DNA of 64,000 bases, taken from contig NIVC01002193.1 in NCBI GenBank assembly GCA_002269645.1, positions 124,001 through 188,000 of the forward strand, written 5' to 3'. Below, piece by piece: positions 37,771 to 49,451 of the stretch; position 1 is the first letter of the stretch; every line of letters begins with the position of its first letter. Made by a program: the position numbers and the translations under genes. This DNA is from Macrostomum lignano (lineage: Eukaryota). The notes below the pieces were generated by a model that saw only the letters and a program-made list of their open reading frames with translations, did no database searches and had not been told where the DNA came from.

Positions 37771-40700
37771 ATGTTTTTCAAGTCGCAGCCGAGGCGGAGG
37801 CCCACGATTCCGCGGGACCCGTTTTCCAAGAATCGCCAGTTCAAGCTGGTCAAACCGGCGCCGGTGCTCATCAAGCCGGCGCAGCAAAGAAAGCTCAGCT
37901 TTATAGACCCGGCCGTGATCCTGCGGAGACGCGTGCGTTGCTATGGAGACAGCTGGGCTGGCGGATTTGAGGGTGGAAGCTTTGATTGTGGAAGCTTTGA
38001 TTGTGGAAGCTTTGATTGTGGAGGCTTTGATTGTGGAAGCTTTGATTTGTGGAAGCTTTGAATGCGGAAGCTTTGATTGTGGAAGCTTTGATTTGTGGAA
38101 GCTTTGATTGTGGAAGCTTTGATTTGTGGAGGCTTTGATTGTGGAAGCTTTGATTGTGGAAGCTTTGATTTGTGGAGGCTTTGATTGTGGAAGCTTTGAT
38201 TCTGGAAGCTTTGATTTGTGGAGGCTTTGATTGTGGAAGCTTTGATTGTGGAAGCTTTGAATGCGGAAGCTTTGATTGTGGAAGCTTTGATTTGTGGAAG
38301 CTTTGATTGTGGAAGCTTTGATTTGTGGAGGCTTTGATTGTGGAAGCTTTGATTGTGGAAGCTTTGATTTGTGGAGGCTTTGATTGTGGAAGCTTTGATT
38401 GTGGAAGCTTTGATTTGTGGAAGCTTTGATTTGTGGAAGCTTTGATTGTGGAAGCTTTGATTTGTGGAGGCTTTGATTGTGGAAGCTTTGATTGTGGAAG
38501 CTTTGATTTGTGGAGGCTTTGATTGTGGAAGCTTTGATTCTGGAAGCTTTGATTTGTGGAGGCTTTGATTGTGGAAGCTTTGATTGTGGAAGCTTTGAAT
38601 GCGGAAGCTTTGATTGTGGAAGCTTTGATTTGTGGAAGCTTTGATTGTGGAAGCTTTGATTTGTGGAGGCTTTGATTGTGGAAGCTTTGATTGTGGAAGC
38701 TTTGATTTGTGGAGGCTTTGATTGTGGAAGCTTTGATTGTGGAAGCTTTGATTTGTGGAAGCTTTGATTGTGGAAGCTTTGATTTGTGGAGGCTTTGATT
38801 GTGGAAGCTTTGATTCTGGAAGCTTTCAATGCAATGCGGAAGCTCTGAGGTTGACAGGCGCTACACTGAGGCTCTGAGGAAGAAAAAAGTTTTAATTGCA
38901 ATTGCAGCAGGAGAAGCGGGAGGCGGCCAGACTCGCGAAGGCGGCAGCGAAACCGCACCAGAAGAAGGTGGCTTTCTCCAAGAAAGTGACAGTTCACGGG
39001 GAGAGCGAAGCGTAAGCATTTTTGTGTGAATCTCCCATATTCGAGACAGGCACAGTGACCGCATTGACTGGTGCACTTGCAGGAAGCCAAATCAGATGAC
39101 GGAAGCAGAAACGGAGGATCACCATGGCGATGGTGCAGGTGCGGAGTTCAGTTGGGTCAATACCTTGAATCTGATTAAAGCATACAGATGGGGCTTGCTG
39201 TGCCATTCTCGCCCGTGAGGGCCAGCCCCCAAGGCCCTGTCGGCAGGTCAGCTTAGCGCCTTGATTTGCCGCAGTTTACGAGCCCAAAGTCCCAGCTGCA
39301 GCACAAACAAAATGAATTTGCCAGTCAACTTGAATCCTACTCAGATCCGATGGGAAAGTCAATTGAGTTGGCTGACGAAGCTTTGAACTCCGAGCTTTCA
39401 TCGAAATCTTCGTCGCTGTCGTCGACTTTTTCAATTTCGGCGCCGTCCGCCAGTTTGAGCTCGACGAGTGCCGAGCAGCCGGATCGGCCGGAAACTGTGA
39501 TGGGGATTCTCTGTTACGAAGAGCAGAACTCCTGCTTCAGTTCCTCGCCCTCGCCCTCGCCCTCGCCCTCGACCCCGCCCTCGTCCTCGCCCCCGACGAT
39601 AGAACGGGACACGCCTTTGAAATCCCACTCGGACTCGCCGATGGACCGGGACAGATCTGTTTCAGTCTCAAGTCCTGAGCCTGCATCGGATAAGCGATCA
39701 CCAGTGCCGGAGTCACCAGAGTATCAAGCTGCTGAGGCTGGTGTCGCCATTAGTCGGACACATCCTGGTGGGACGAATTTCTCAAAAGATGAAGCAAAAT
39801 TCACCATTCATTCCCATAATTTCCCCATCCGCTCAATCGATTTTTATTAAACTCGTTCCTGACCAACCCTTTTTTACGAGTGCATGAGCGTAATTTCCTA
39901 CTAAGAGTAGAAAACATTGTTTTCGTTTTTTATATTGAAAAGCTCACGAATTCACGAGTTTACCTCTACAATATGCAATTTTCACATGTTCACCGTATAA
40001 AGTTATTCCGCATTGACAACCAAACTTGCATGTTAAATTTAATTTCCCGGAAATGAAGACGATTCTGCAACTTCGTCGGAAGTCGATGGGGATGATGAAC
40101 AAGAGGATCCGCCCGTGCCACCGCCGCCTCAGCTGCTGACAGTAAGTTTCCTTATGGTTGCTGGCTTTCATTTCAAGTAGCATTCAGGATTCGGAGTGGC
40201 GTATTTGGGATTAGGAGTTGCAACTTCAGGATTCGGAGTGGCACTTTCAGGATCCAGAGTGGCACTTTCAGGATTCGGAGTGGCAATTTCAGGATCGAGA
40301 GTGGCACTATCAGGATTCGGAGTGGCACTTTCAGGATTCGGAGTGGCACTTTCAGGATCCAGAGTGGCACTTTCAGGATTCGGAGTGGAACTTTCAGGAT
40401 GCAGAGTGGCACTTTCAGGATTCGGAGTGGCACTTTCAGGATTCGGAGTGGCACTTTGAAGATTCAGAGTGGCACTATCAGGATTCGGAGTGGCACTTTC
40501 AGGATTCGGAGTGGCACTTTCAGGATCCAGAGTGGCACTTTCAGGATTCGGAGTGGAACTTTCAGGATGCAGAGTGGCACTTTCAGGATTCGGAGTGGCA
40601 CTTTCAGGATTCGGAGTGGCACTTTGAAGATTCAGAGTGGCACTTTCAGGATTCGGAGTGGCACTTTCAGAATTTGGAGTGGCACTTTCAAAATCCAAAT

Positions 40701-43700
40701 CGGCAAAGTCTCCCTCCAAGTAAGGATGGCAACTGAGAACTCAAATGAGCAGCTTCACGTCTCTTACCTGGCGCCAACATGGAACGGCTGTGAAAATTTC
40801 TTTATCAATTTTGCAGAGAACTGTGTCCGTGAACTCGGACTCGAAGCGCCCGCCCCCAGTGTCACTGCCGCCGCTGCCTCAGCTGCCGCCGGTCCCGCAG
40901 CGACGGGCACCGCCTCCGCAGAGAGGAGCGCCTGTCAGGTGACAAGCTTAGGGGCGAATTATTCACTATAATATCATTTTGCAACTTTCTCTGCGACATG
41001 TAATCACCGTTTCCTCATTGTTAATCACCGGTTCCTCATTGTTAATCACCGTTTCCTCATTGTTAATCACCGGTTCCTCATTGTTAATCACCGGTTCCTA
41101 ATTGTTAATCACCGGTTCCTCATTGTTAATCACCGGTTCCTCATTGTTAATCACCGGTTCCTAATTGTTAATCACCGTTTCCTCATTGTTAATCACCGGT
41201 TCCTCATTGTTAATCCCCGGTTCCTCATTGTTAATAACCGGTTCCTCATTGTTAATCACCGGTTCCTCATTGTTAATTACCGGTTCCTCATTTTTAATCA
41301 CTGGTTTCCAGTCTTATAATTTACTGGTTCTTCATTGCTAATCACCGGTTCCTCAGGTTAATCCCCGGTTCCTCATTGTTAATCACCGGTTCCCCATTGT
41401 TAATCACCAGTTCCCCATTGTTAATCCCCGGTTCCTCATAGTTAATCACCGGTTCCTCATTGTTAATTACCGGTTCCTCATAGTTAATCACCGGTTCCCA
41501 GCCTTGTAATTTACCGGTTCCTCATTGTTAATCACCGGTTCCTCATAGTTAATCCCCGTTCCCCATTGTTAATCCCCGGTTCTCCATAGTTAATCCCCGG
41601 TTCCTCATAGTTAATCCCCGTTCCCCATTGTTAATCCCCGGTTCTCCATAGTTAATCCCCGGTTCCTCATAGTTAATCCCCGGTTCCCCATTGTTAATCC
41701 CCGGTTCCCCATTGTTAATCCCCGGTTCTCCATAGTTAATCCCCGGTTCCTCATAGTTAATCCCCGGTTCCCCATTGTTAATCCCCGGTTCCCCATTGTT
41801 AATCCCCGGTTCCCCATTGTTATCCCGGTTCCCTGTCGCAATTCCCCCAATGCCCCTGATTCCTCACCACCTGACAGCGGTAAGCACTTTTACGGTTGCA
41901 TTCCCCAAGCTAGATCTCTGAAAATGAGACTCAGACAGCATAAAGAGGATTCCAACATCAAGAAGAAAGCTGCCCAGAAATTCGACCAGCTCCTTTGTCT
42001 TTGCTGTCATGCAAAGAAACTTTGTTCTGGCTATTGTCCTGCCTAAGACAAGAAAAATATTTGCCTAGGCGCTTCTCCGCTGGCCTGCTAAGCAAGAACT
42101 AGAATGCTTTTAGCTTATCGATTTCCTGCCGGAGAGGCAGAAGCTGAGAAATAAATAGTCTACAGACGAGTCCATAGCAACTGGGTGCAACGCGTATTTT
42201 CACTAAAAGCAGAAGGGCACGCGTAAATATTGAAACAGCTGAAATTTGCACAGAGCAGCGCCAGGAGAAGCAGAAACTGCAAAAGCAGCAACAGCAGGAA
42301 GGAGAGGAAGATGCAGACAGTCAGTCAGAGCAGCAGACTGCCGGCTCTCCTTGGCAGCAGAAGCAGAAAATCTTACAAAGCCTGGCGCCGCGCTCAATTC
42401 TCCAGGCTGGCTGGTCACGGCCGACCCCCGAGAATGCCGCCGCCGCCGCCACCGCCACCAAAGTCCACGCGGCTTCCGCAGCTCCCAGCTCGGGCGGCTT
42501 CCACCGAGACCTCGACGGACGACTCGGCGTCCGCTTTGTCGGATTCGCCGCTGGACTTTCTCTCCCGCTACTGCATCGTGCACGCGCACCGGCTGCCGGC
42601 TTACGAGGCGGTTTTCCGACGGGTTGTTGCTAAGCAACCGTTCCGATACGAGCCCTACAGAGACATTGCAGAGCAGGCGGAGCTGGCCGCGGCAGAAAGA
42701 GCGGCCGCTGCCTCCGCCAAGACCAGGGAAAGCTCCTCGACGACGGGATCGGCGGCATCCGGACGGCGCCCCGCGGTTTCGGCGAGCTCCTCCTCGCCAA
42801 TGGCACCGGCCGCCACTGACGGAGGCCCATCAATGGCAGAGCTGTCAACCGAGGAGCTGTACCACCGCCAGCTGCGGTCCCGTGTTGGCGGCGCCCTGAC
42901 CGAGGCGGAGCTCGCGCGGCTGACCAGGAAACTGCAGATCGGTCAGCTCGGCACCGCGTCGGCCAGCGAATCGGTGAGTCATCGGTGAGCTGCTGAGTCT
43001 CTCAATAAATATCAGAGCAATCAAATCCTCACATTCTCCGCTGCTCCTAAAAGCTCCGCTGCCCCTGCGACTCCGAGCTGTCCAAGCAGCGCTTCATCTT
43101 TGATCGGCTGCTGGAGAGACAGCAGCGCCATCAATCCGAGGCGGCGGAGCTCGAAGCGGAGCGCGAGGCGCTGCTGTCCCGCCTGGCGCTGGAGCGCTAT
43201 CACGAGGTCCTGGCGCCGGTGCTAGCAGCAGTGGCGCGGGCCAGCCATGGCGCTGATCATAAAAGTACATCGCAAGCGACTCCGCCAGCACCGATGGCCG
43301 CTCATCGGCTGCTGACGCCAAGGCAGCTGGCAACAATCGAGGTGATGCCTGAGGCGCAGCGCCAGGCAGCCCGGCTGGAGCGGTGCCGCCAGCTGGCTGA
43401 ACACTTGGACAGTCGGCTGGCCGACACCCGAGAGGCCATCCGCCAGCTGGCCGCCCTGGGCAGCCGCGAACTCCTCGGGCAGCAGCTGCGGCGTCGGCCG
43501 CGCGCTCCTCCCACTAGCGGCGGTGGCCTCGTTGAAGTGGAGGAGTTGATGGCCGTCGCTGAGGACGAAGCCTTCCGCAGGGAGCAGTCGCTGATCTACC
43601 AGAAGCTGCGGCCGGACATCGATCTGGAGCTGAACTCGGAGATGCTGGAGCAGGCGCTCAGCGAAGTGAACGGCCACCTGATCAGCCGGCGCGAGCTGCA

Positions 43701-45161
43701 GTACGTGCACCGCCTGCTGAGACTGCCAGGCCATTGCCGCCTGAACTTCCGACTATTCAGCATTGTGGCGGCGCTCAGCGAGAAGATTGTGCAGCTGGAG
43801 TGAGCGGGCGGATGCGGGAGGGGAGCTCAGAGCTTATATAAATTCGAAAATAAGAGTCTACCATATATATACTGGATCCCTAAAAGCCCTGGAATGCAAG
43901 CGAGTCACAAGAGGGCTCAGTCGATTCTGAACAATACAAAAAACCAAGTTTCGATTCCAAGTGCAGTCACATTAATTTGGGGCTGAATTGGAATCTCGGC
44001 TTGGCTCTGCTCGGGCAATTAACGCCCTTGAAGGCCAGCCCCCAAGGCACTGTGTAGTGTACATGCCCTAACGATAAATAAAGTTAGGGCCGCTGTACAC
44101 TCCTGTGTGAGTGTGTGCCTGTGCGTATGACTGCGTACAGTACGTATCTTATATCTGCGTACGTAGCTTGTGTTGCCTGCTCAGGGGAGTCGGCAGAATG
44201 GGCAGTAATGCCTCTCGCCGGTTGTTTGATGATGTCGCTGAAAGTGCGCCAGGGTGCGCACAGCCTCCCCCTGCCTCCAACTAACTAAGCCGACAGCTCA
44301 CCAACTCCAGGACGCCAAGTTATAATACACGCCTAAGACTCACTGACCTTCCGGATGTCAGAATGCGCACAAAATCCCATAAAACTTCCAAATTGCCTTT
44401 CGCAGACCGATGCTCCGCAAGCTGGTCAACAAGGTTGACTTCGACGCTCTGGACTTCAAGATCGACCGGTGTCGAGAGCTATTCCACCTGCTGGAGTCGG
44501 GCAGCACCGCGCCTCCCGGCTGCATTTCCATCGAGGGCCTGGCAGTGGAACTCCTGGCTGGAAATCTTAAGGACGAACATTTTGGATCGGTAAGATTCTA
44601 GGAATTTGGGGACTGATTCAGGGGCTGGGTGGGAAAGGAGACCACTGATTCAGGGACTGGGAAAGCTGATTAAGGGACGGGTGGGTGATTTAGGGACTGG
44701 GGTGGGTGATTTAGGGACTGGGGTGGGTGATTCAGGGACGGGTGGGTGGGTGATTCAGGGACTGGGGTGGGTGATTCAGGGACTGGGGTGGGTGATTCAG
44801 GGACTGGGGTGGATGATTCAGGGACTGGGATGGGTGAGGAGACCACTGAATCAGGGACTGGGATGGAGAGGAGACCACTGATTCAGGGACTGTGTGGGGG
44901 TGAAAAACGCATCTCAATCAGAAGAGGGTTAAACAGGAATCGAACAGAAAAGTCACGCTCTACCCAGTACTAAAAAGTAGAGATTAACGCAGATTTATTA
45001 TAAACAATAATATTCCCCCATTCAATCAGGTGATGCGCAAGCTGACACGCGAGAAAAAGGGCCACATTGATTTCCTGGAATTTCTAACCTACGTGCCGCT
45101 GTTCTTGGAAATCCATCAGAGAATCGTCGCGGACCCGCTGAGCAGCGATGCTCAGTGGTGA
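37771..45161 (+). CDS. Uncharacterised protein 'Y' (~860 aa): basic/Pro/Ser-rich N-half, coiled coil, C-terminal EF-hand-like helical domain
   Basis: Exons 37771-37932, 38908-39011, 39083-39138, 39345-39767, 40059-40141, 40817-40938, 42406-42973, 43054-43799, 44406-44589 and 45030-45161 sum to 2580 nt in frame. The last four exons are well supported (PLDFLSRYCIV, LNFRLFSIVAALSEK, PGCISIEGL, KKGHIDFLEFLTYVPLF); the small middle exons are tentative. Confidence 0.7.
37937..37950. promoter_or_regulatory. RFX X-box
   Basis: GTTGCTATGGAGAC (reverse GTCTCCATAGCAAC), a canonical 14-bp X-box form, at the start of the intron after exon 37771-37932. Confidence 0.5.
37975..38827. repeat. 15/16-bp minisatellite GGAAGCTTTGATT(T)GT
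   Basis: About 55 copies; intronic. Confidence 0.95.
40185..40690. repeat. 21-bp minisatellite GGATTCGGAGTGGCACTTTCA
   Basis: About 24 copies; intronic. Confidence 0.95.
41000..41830. repeat. 21-bp minisatellite CATTGTTAATCACCGGTTCCT
   Basis: About 39 copies; intronic. Confidence 0.95.
43948..44270 (+). mobile_element. tRNA-derived SINE copy 3 (A box lost)
   Basis: Begins at the B box gtttcgattccaagtgcag and matches the reverse complement of 16309-16610. Confidence 0.8.
44605..44895. repeat. ~21-bp minisatellite GGGTGATTCAGGGACTGGGGT
   Basis: Degenerate tandem copies just after the donor at 44590. Confidence 0.85.
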
Positions 45162-45382
45162 GCGCCAGATTGAATAATTTTTTTGACAAGAAACTTAACA
45201 AATTTTTGTTGGATTTTTGTCGGGAATGTTCATTTTCTCATTCAAATAAAGAAGCACCGAACAACAACAAATTTAACAAACGCTGACAAAAATTGCTCGT
45301 TCTTTCACGAGTACAAACCACGCGTTGTCCTAGAAATTTCCAATCTAGAATTAAAGTTCACCCTGTCACAGTTTAGAATAGC

Positions 45383-45478
45383 ACAACAACAGCAGCAACA
45401 ACAACAACAACAACAACAACAACAGCAAAAACAACAGCAGCAAAAACAACAACAGCAACAACGACAACAGCAACAGGA
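45383..45478. repeat. Compound (CAA/CAG)n tract 5' of the LINE
   Basis: Direct observation. Confidence 0.9.
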
Positions 45479-45482
45479 ACAA

Positions 45483-47365
45483 CACTCCCGCCTGATGGAT
45501 GAAGGTCTGCCGGTCTGCATGGTGAGATGGTTTGCCAGCTTCCTGGAGGGCAGGCAGATTGCGATCCGTATTGGCAGCACCATCGGAAAATGGCGCAGGC
45601 TCAGGGAGGGCGTCCCGCAAGGCGCCGTCAGCTCCCCGGTCCTGTTCCTTCTTTACATCAACGCCTAGGCTGACCACATCGTCCAAAATCTCGGTTACAG
45701 TGGATACGCGGACGACCTCGTCATCTGGGCCTCCGGCAGAAACATCACAGATGTCCGTGAACGCATTCAAAGGGCCCTCAGCCTCATCGAAAAGTGGGCC
45801 AAAAATCTTCGCATCGAGCTCAACCCGTCGAAGACTGAATATTGTCTGTTCTCCCGTAACCGAGCCGATCGCGACACCACCGTTCAACTCGCGATGCTTG
45901 GCCGTCCTATTCCCAGCAAGCCGGCGCTGAAGTTCCTCGGGGTCTGGATTGACCACGGTCTTCTTTTCGACAAACACCTGAGCGAAATCAAGGACAAAAT
46001 GCTCCGTCGAACCGTCATCATCAAAGCTTTAGCCAACCGGGAATGGGGATGGGATCGCCTCCTCCTGATCAAAGTCTACCGTGCTCTGGTCGAGTCGGTG
46101 ATCTGGCATGCTGCATCGGCCTGGACGCCCTGGCTGTCCAAGACTCGCCTGGATGAGCTCGACCGCGCCCAAAGGGAGGCGCTGCGCACCATCACCGGCT
46201 TGCCACGATCGACCCCCACGGAAGCTATTTACCTGGAGGCTCAGGTCGACCCCATCAGCGTTGAGGCCCGCAGGCGAGCTCTTCTTACCTACGAAAAAGC
46301 CATCCGTCGCCCTCTCAGCGGCCCATTTCGCAAGATCTGGGACTGGGAAAGGCACTCGAACATCCGACTTGCAGCTAACAGAGGCCTGCGCGAACAAGCG
46401 AGGCGCATCTGCGACTCCATGATGCCGCTCCCGCGCAAGCCCTTCCACCTTACCCGACGGCCACCCTGGGCCTCTCTTGTCGACCAGGGCATCGACTGTT
46501 TCACCAACCTGCCAGACCTGGGAGCCACTCCGACCGAACAAATTTTTGCTGCCATTGAGCAACGCTGCCCAGGTTCCTGTACCTACTACACGGATGGCTC
46601 GGCCACCGGAGGGGTCGAAAACGGCGGAGCCGCATGGATCCTCCTCGACCAAGAAAGCACCATCCGTCGCCGCGGGCACGCAGCAGCGGGTCGCTGGTGC
46701 AACTCCTACGAAGCCGAACTAATGGCCATCAAGCTCGCCCTGAAAGACATTATCAGCTCCGAACCGCGCCATGCCGTCATACTGACCGACAGCCAGAGCG
46801 CCATCGCCGCCATCAAAGCTGACCGTCCAACCCTCAACCTGCGGCTTGAGCAAGTTAAAGATCTCCTCGCTAACACAGCCATGCACACGAAGATTACCCT
46901 GCAATGGGTTCCGGGACATTCGGGAGTGCCCGGTAACGAACTGGTCGACGCAGAGGCCAAGTTCGCGGCCACACTGCCTCAAGACGAGTCCGAAATTACC
47001 CTTGCAGCCATCCGTCATCATCTCAAGTACCGCCTAACCCTTCAAGGGCACATGGCCGAGGTCTACGGTAAACCGATCTCCTTCCATCAGGGACCGCGTC
47101 GCCAACAAATCCTCGTGGCGCAGGTCAGAGCAGGCAACTGCCCTGACTCCAACTATTATCGCAACCGCACCGGCATCACCGAAGGCGGCCCCTGCCGACT
47201 TTGCCTGTATGTTCCGGACCAATTTCACCTCTGGACCTGCCCTAAGCTCGAAGCTAATCGGCGCAACATCGGCGTCACTAGTCTGAGTGACTTTGCACGT
47301 GGTGACTTGGTGGCGCAGCTCCTGGGAGCCGTCGACTGGCGGCCCCTGTGAGTTGCTCACCGCAG
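45483..47365 (+). mobile_element. 5'-truncated non-LTR retrotransposon (RT C-half + RNase H + CCHC-like finger; I/Ingi-group-like)
   Basis: One frame with a single TAG at 45666-45668: GVPQGAVSSPVLF, GYADDLVI, LNPSKTE, KFLGVWID; RNase H YTDGS...YEAELMAI...TDSQSAI...WVPGHSGVPGNELVD; CRLCLYVPDQFHLWTC; stop at 47351. Confidence 0.93.
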
Positions 47366-47575
47366 ACAACAACAACAGCAAAAACAACACGTTCGTAACA
47401 GCAACAAAAACAGCAACAACAACAACAACAACAACAACAACAGCAACAACAACAACACGCTCGTAACAGCAACAACAACAGAAACAACAACAACAGCAAC
47501 AACAACAACAACAACAACAACAACAAAAACAGCAACAACAGCAACAGCAACAACAACAGCAACAACAACAACAGC

Positions 47576-47609
<34 letters not shown>

Positions 47610-47622
47610 GCAGCAAAAACAA
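47366..47622. repeat. Compound (CAA/CAG)n tract 3' of the LINE
   Basis: Direct observation. Confidence 0.95.
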
Positions 47623-47653
47623 AATTCACTGTCAGAGTATTTAGAAGTCAGTA

Positions 47654-47975
47654 TCACAGGGCGCGCCAATTCTGGGCCAGGTCTTGAATGAAGGCCATGC
47701 CGCCGACCGAATCTGGGGCGCCGGCGTCAGCCAGCAGGCAGTCGACGAAACGCCGAGTGCGCGCCTGCCCCCGCCGGTAGGGTGCCTGCAGCATCAGCAG
47801 CAGCACCTCCTGCACCGGCTGTGGGCAGTATGACTCGGCGCGGATGATGTGGCCTGCCAGCTGAAGTCTCCGACGGCGCAACAAACAGGTCGATTGAACG
47901 GATCCGACCTGTGCTGCGATATACAGTGCCGCACTGGTGACCCGCGTGACTCGCTCGTGGAGCACAGCAAGCACA
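47654..47975 (-). mobile_element. 3' remnant of an RTE-like non-LTR retrotransposon
   Basis: ERVTRVTSAALY...LRRRRLQLAGHIIRA...YRRGQARTRRFVDCLLAD...AQNWRAL* resembles the C-terminus of RTE-type RT ORFs (RRRRLxxAGH...RGRPR...W). Confidence 0.7.
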
Positions 47976-48683
47976 AAGGAACAAGCAAGGGAGCACCCCT
48001 TGAACGACGAAGTATACATTTGTCACGTACAAGCCATACGATGAAATTAGTAAAAAATAACCAGGTAAACGACACCGCTGACAGAGCACAAGTTGGGGAG
48101 TTTAACATCGTCTATTGCCACCCAAAATGCTCAGGATTCTTGTAGACTGCAAGAGAAGTATTCTCTACAGAGTCAACAAGGGCTCTTGGCCAAATGCTTA
48201 CCCTGTCGCTTCTTCTGCTCACTTCACATACATTTTTCGCCCACCAGCTACACTTGTCGCTATTTTGTTCACATAGGCCGTAGACACAAGTTTAACTCAG
48301 GTGTCTGGCCCAAAAGGTAGGAGTGCCATTGATTTTTGTGAGGAAACCAAGTAGTTGAAAACAATAGGATGAGAAGAAGTGGATTCTGGAAAAAATTCTT
48401 GAAGACTGGCAGGACTGAGGGACTTAAGCAGCCAGAATTCATGGCTCACATTCTCTTCCCTGGAAGGGCTGTTCAGGTCGTACCAGTTGTTAACACTCAC
48501 CAAACTAGGAACTATCTGCAAGCACCTGCATGACAAGCTCCTTGAAACCCACAGAAAGCACATAAATTGATTGAGCAAGCTAGACATAAAACTCAGGACT
48601 TCCCGTTGCTACCTCGACGTAGCATCTTCTCTTTCAAGCGATTTCTTACCAAATTGATCACTCGTTTAAAACACCTGAAAGCG

Positions 48684-49451
48684 ATGTGGCCGGCTCTGCT
48701 CCGGACACTCCTCGGCCTCATGCTGGCTACTCGGCCGGTTCCAGGGAGCGCCTGCCACATGAAGGACGAGTTCAACGCAATCGAAGGATTCCTGTGCATC
48801 CGAGACGAGTTCGTCAAAGTCATGCCGCGAGCTCGCACCGAGCTCGACTGCTCCATTCAGTGCAGATCGGAGCCCCTGTGCAAGGCGTTCACCATGGAGA
48901 CGGCCACGAGCTCCCGTGTCTGTCGGCTGTTCGTGTTCGATCGGTGCAGCAAGCAAGTGCGCGACTGCGACTGCAGCAAGCGAGGTCACGTGTTCGTCCG
49001 TCGTGAGGACCAACGACTTCGAGCTGGCGCTCTGTGCCCCGATGGCTATGGCGACGACTTTTGTGGGACAAAGTACAAGCTGTACCCCGGAATTGAGTTC
49101 TGGAAGCTGAGCAAGGCCAAGTGCGACAGCGAGCCCGGCTTGGTGATCATGGCCGATGCGATGGATGCAGCCGAGATGAGCCACATCGACATGCTTTGCA
49201 ACCGTTCGAGCACAGGTACGTTTCTCGGAGGTGTGCAGCCTGCAGGCAGTCCGGAGCCGAATGGAGGCTGGATCTGGGCGAGCTGCGGTCTCCCGATCGA
49301 CTCAACTCTCTGGTGTTGCGACGAGCCGAATAACAATGGACGGCAAAATGTAACCACCAGGTGGTACGACGCACCGAAACTGAGCGATCTTTCGGACCTC
49401 ACGGCTGATGCTGCCGGCGTCCTGTGCGAGTGCCTTTCCCCGTTCGACTGA
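48684..49451 (+). CDS. Secreted PAN/apple + C-type lectin-like protein (255 aa, single exon)
   Basis: Signal peptide MWPALLRTLLGLMLAT. PAN pattern DCSIQCRSEPLCKAFTM...CRLF. CTLD-like region CPDGY...FW..SKAKC...FLGG...GWIW...WCCDEPNN...VLCE. Confidence 0.8.
   Translation: MWPALLRTLLGLMLATRPVPGSACHMKDEFNAIEGFLCIRDEFVKVMPRARTELDCSIQCRSEPLCKAFTMETATSSRVCRLFVFDRCSKQVRDCDCSKRGHVFVRREDQRLRAGALCPDGYGDDFCGTKYKLYPGIEFWKLSKAKCDSEPGLVIMADAMDAAEMSHIDMLCNRSSTGTFLGGVQPAGSPEPNGGWIWASCGLPIDSTLWCCDEPNNNGRQNVTTRWYDAPKLSDLSDLTADAAGVLCECLSPFD

Noticed and set aside
35415-41850. Long repeat ORFs (CNDAVQFPYMTG, IEWIANLAYINKG, KASTI, PESAT, MGNRGLT)
   Set aside because: Unit lengths divisible by three keep the frames open by chance. 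They lie in introns or spacers of the X/Y model and lack protein-like flanks.
45183-45668. Poly-Q/RT fusion protein ORF
   Set aside because: Chance in-frame read-through from the gene Y 3' UTR and CAA tract into a truncated LINE; no credible start.
48000-48590. Possible coding sequence between the RTE remnant and the lectin
   Set aside because: Stops in all frames and no recognisable motif; probably decayed repeat or UTR.
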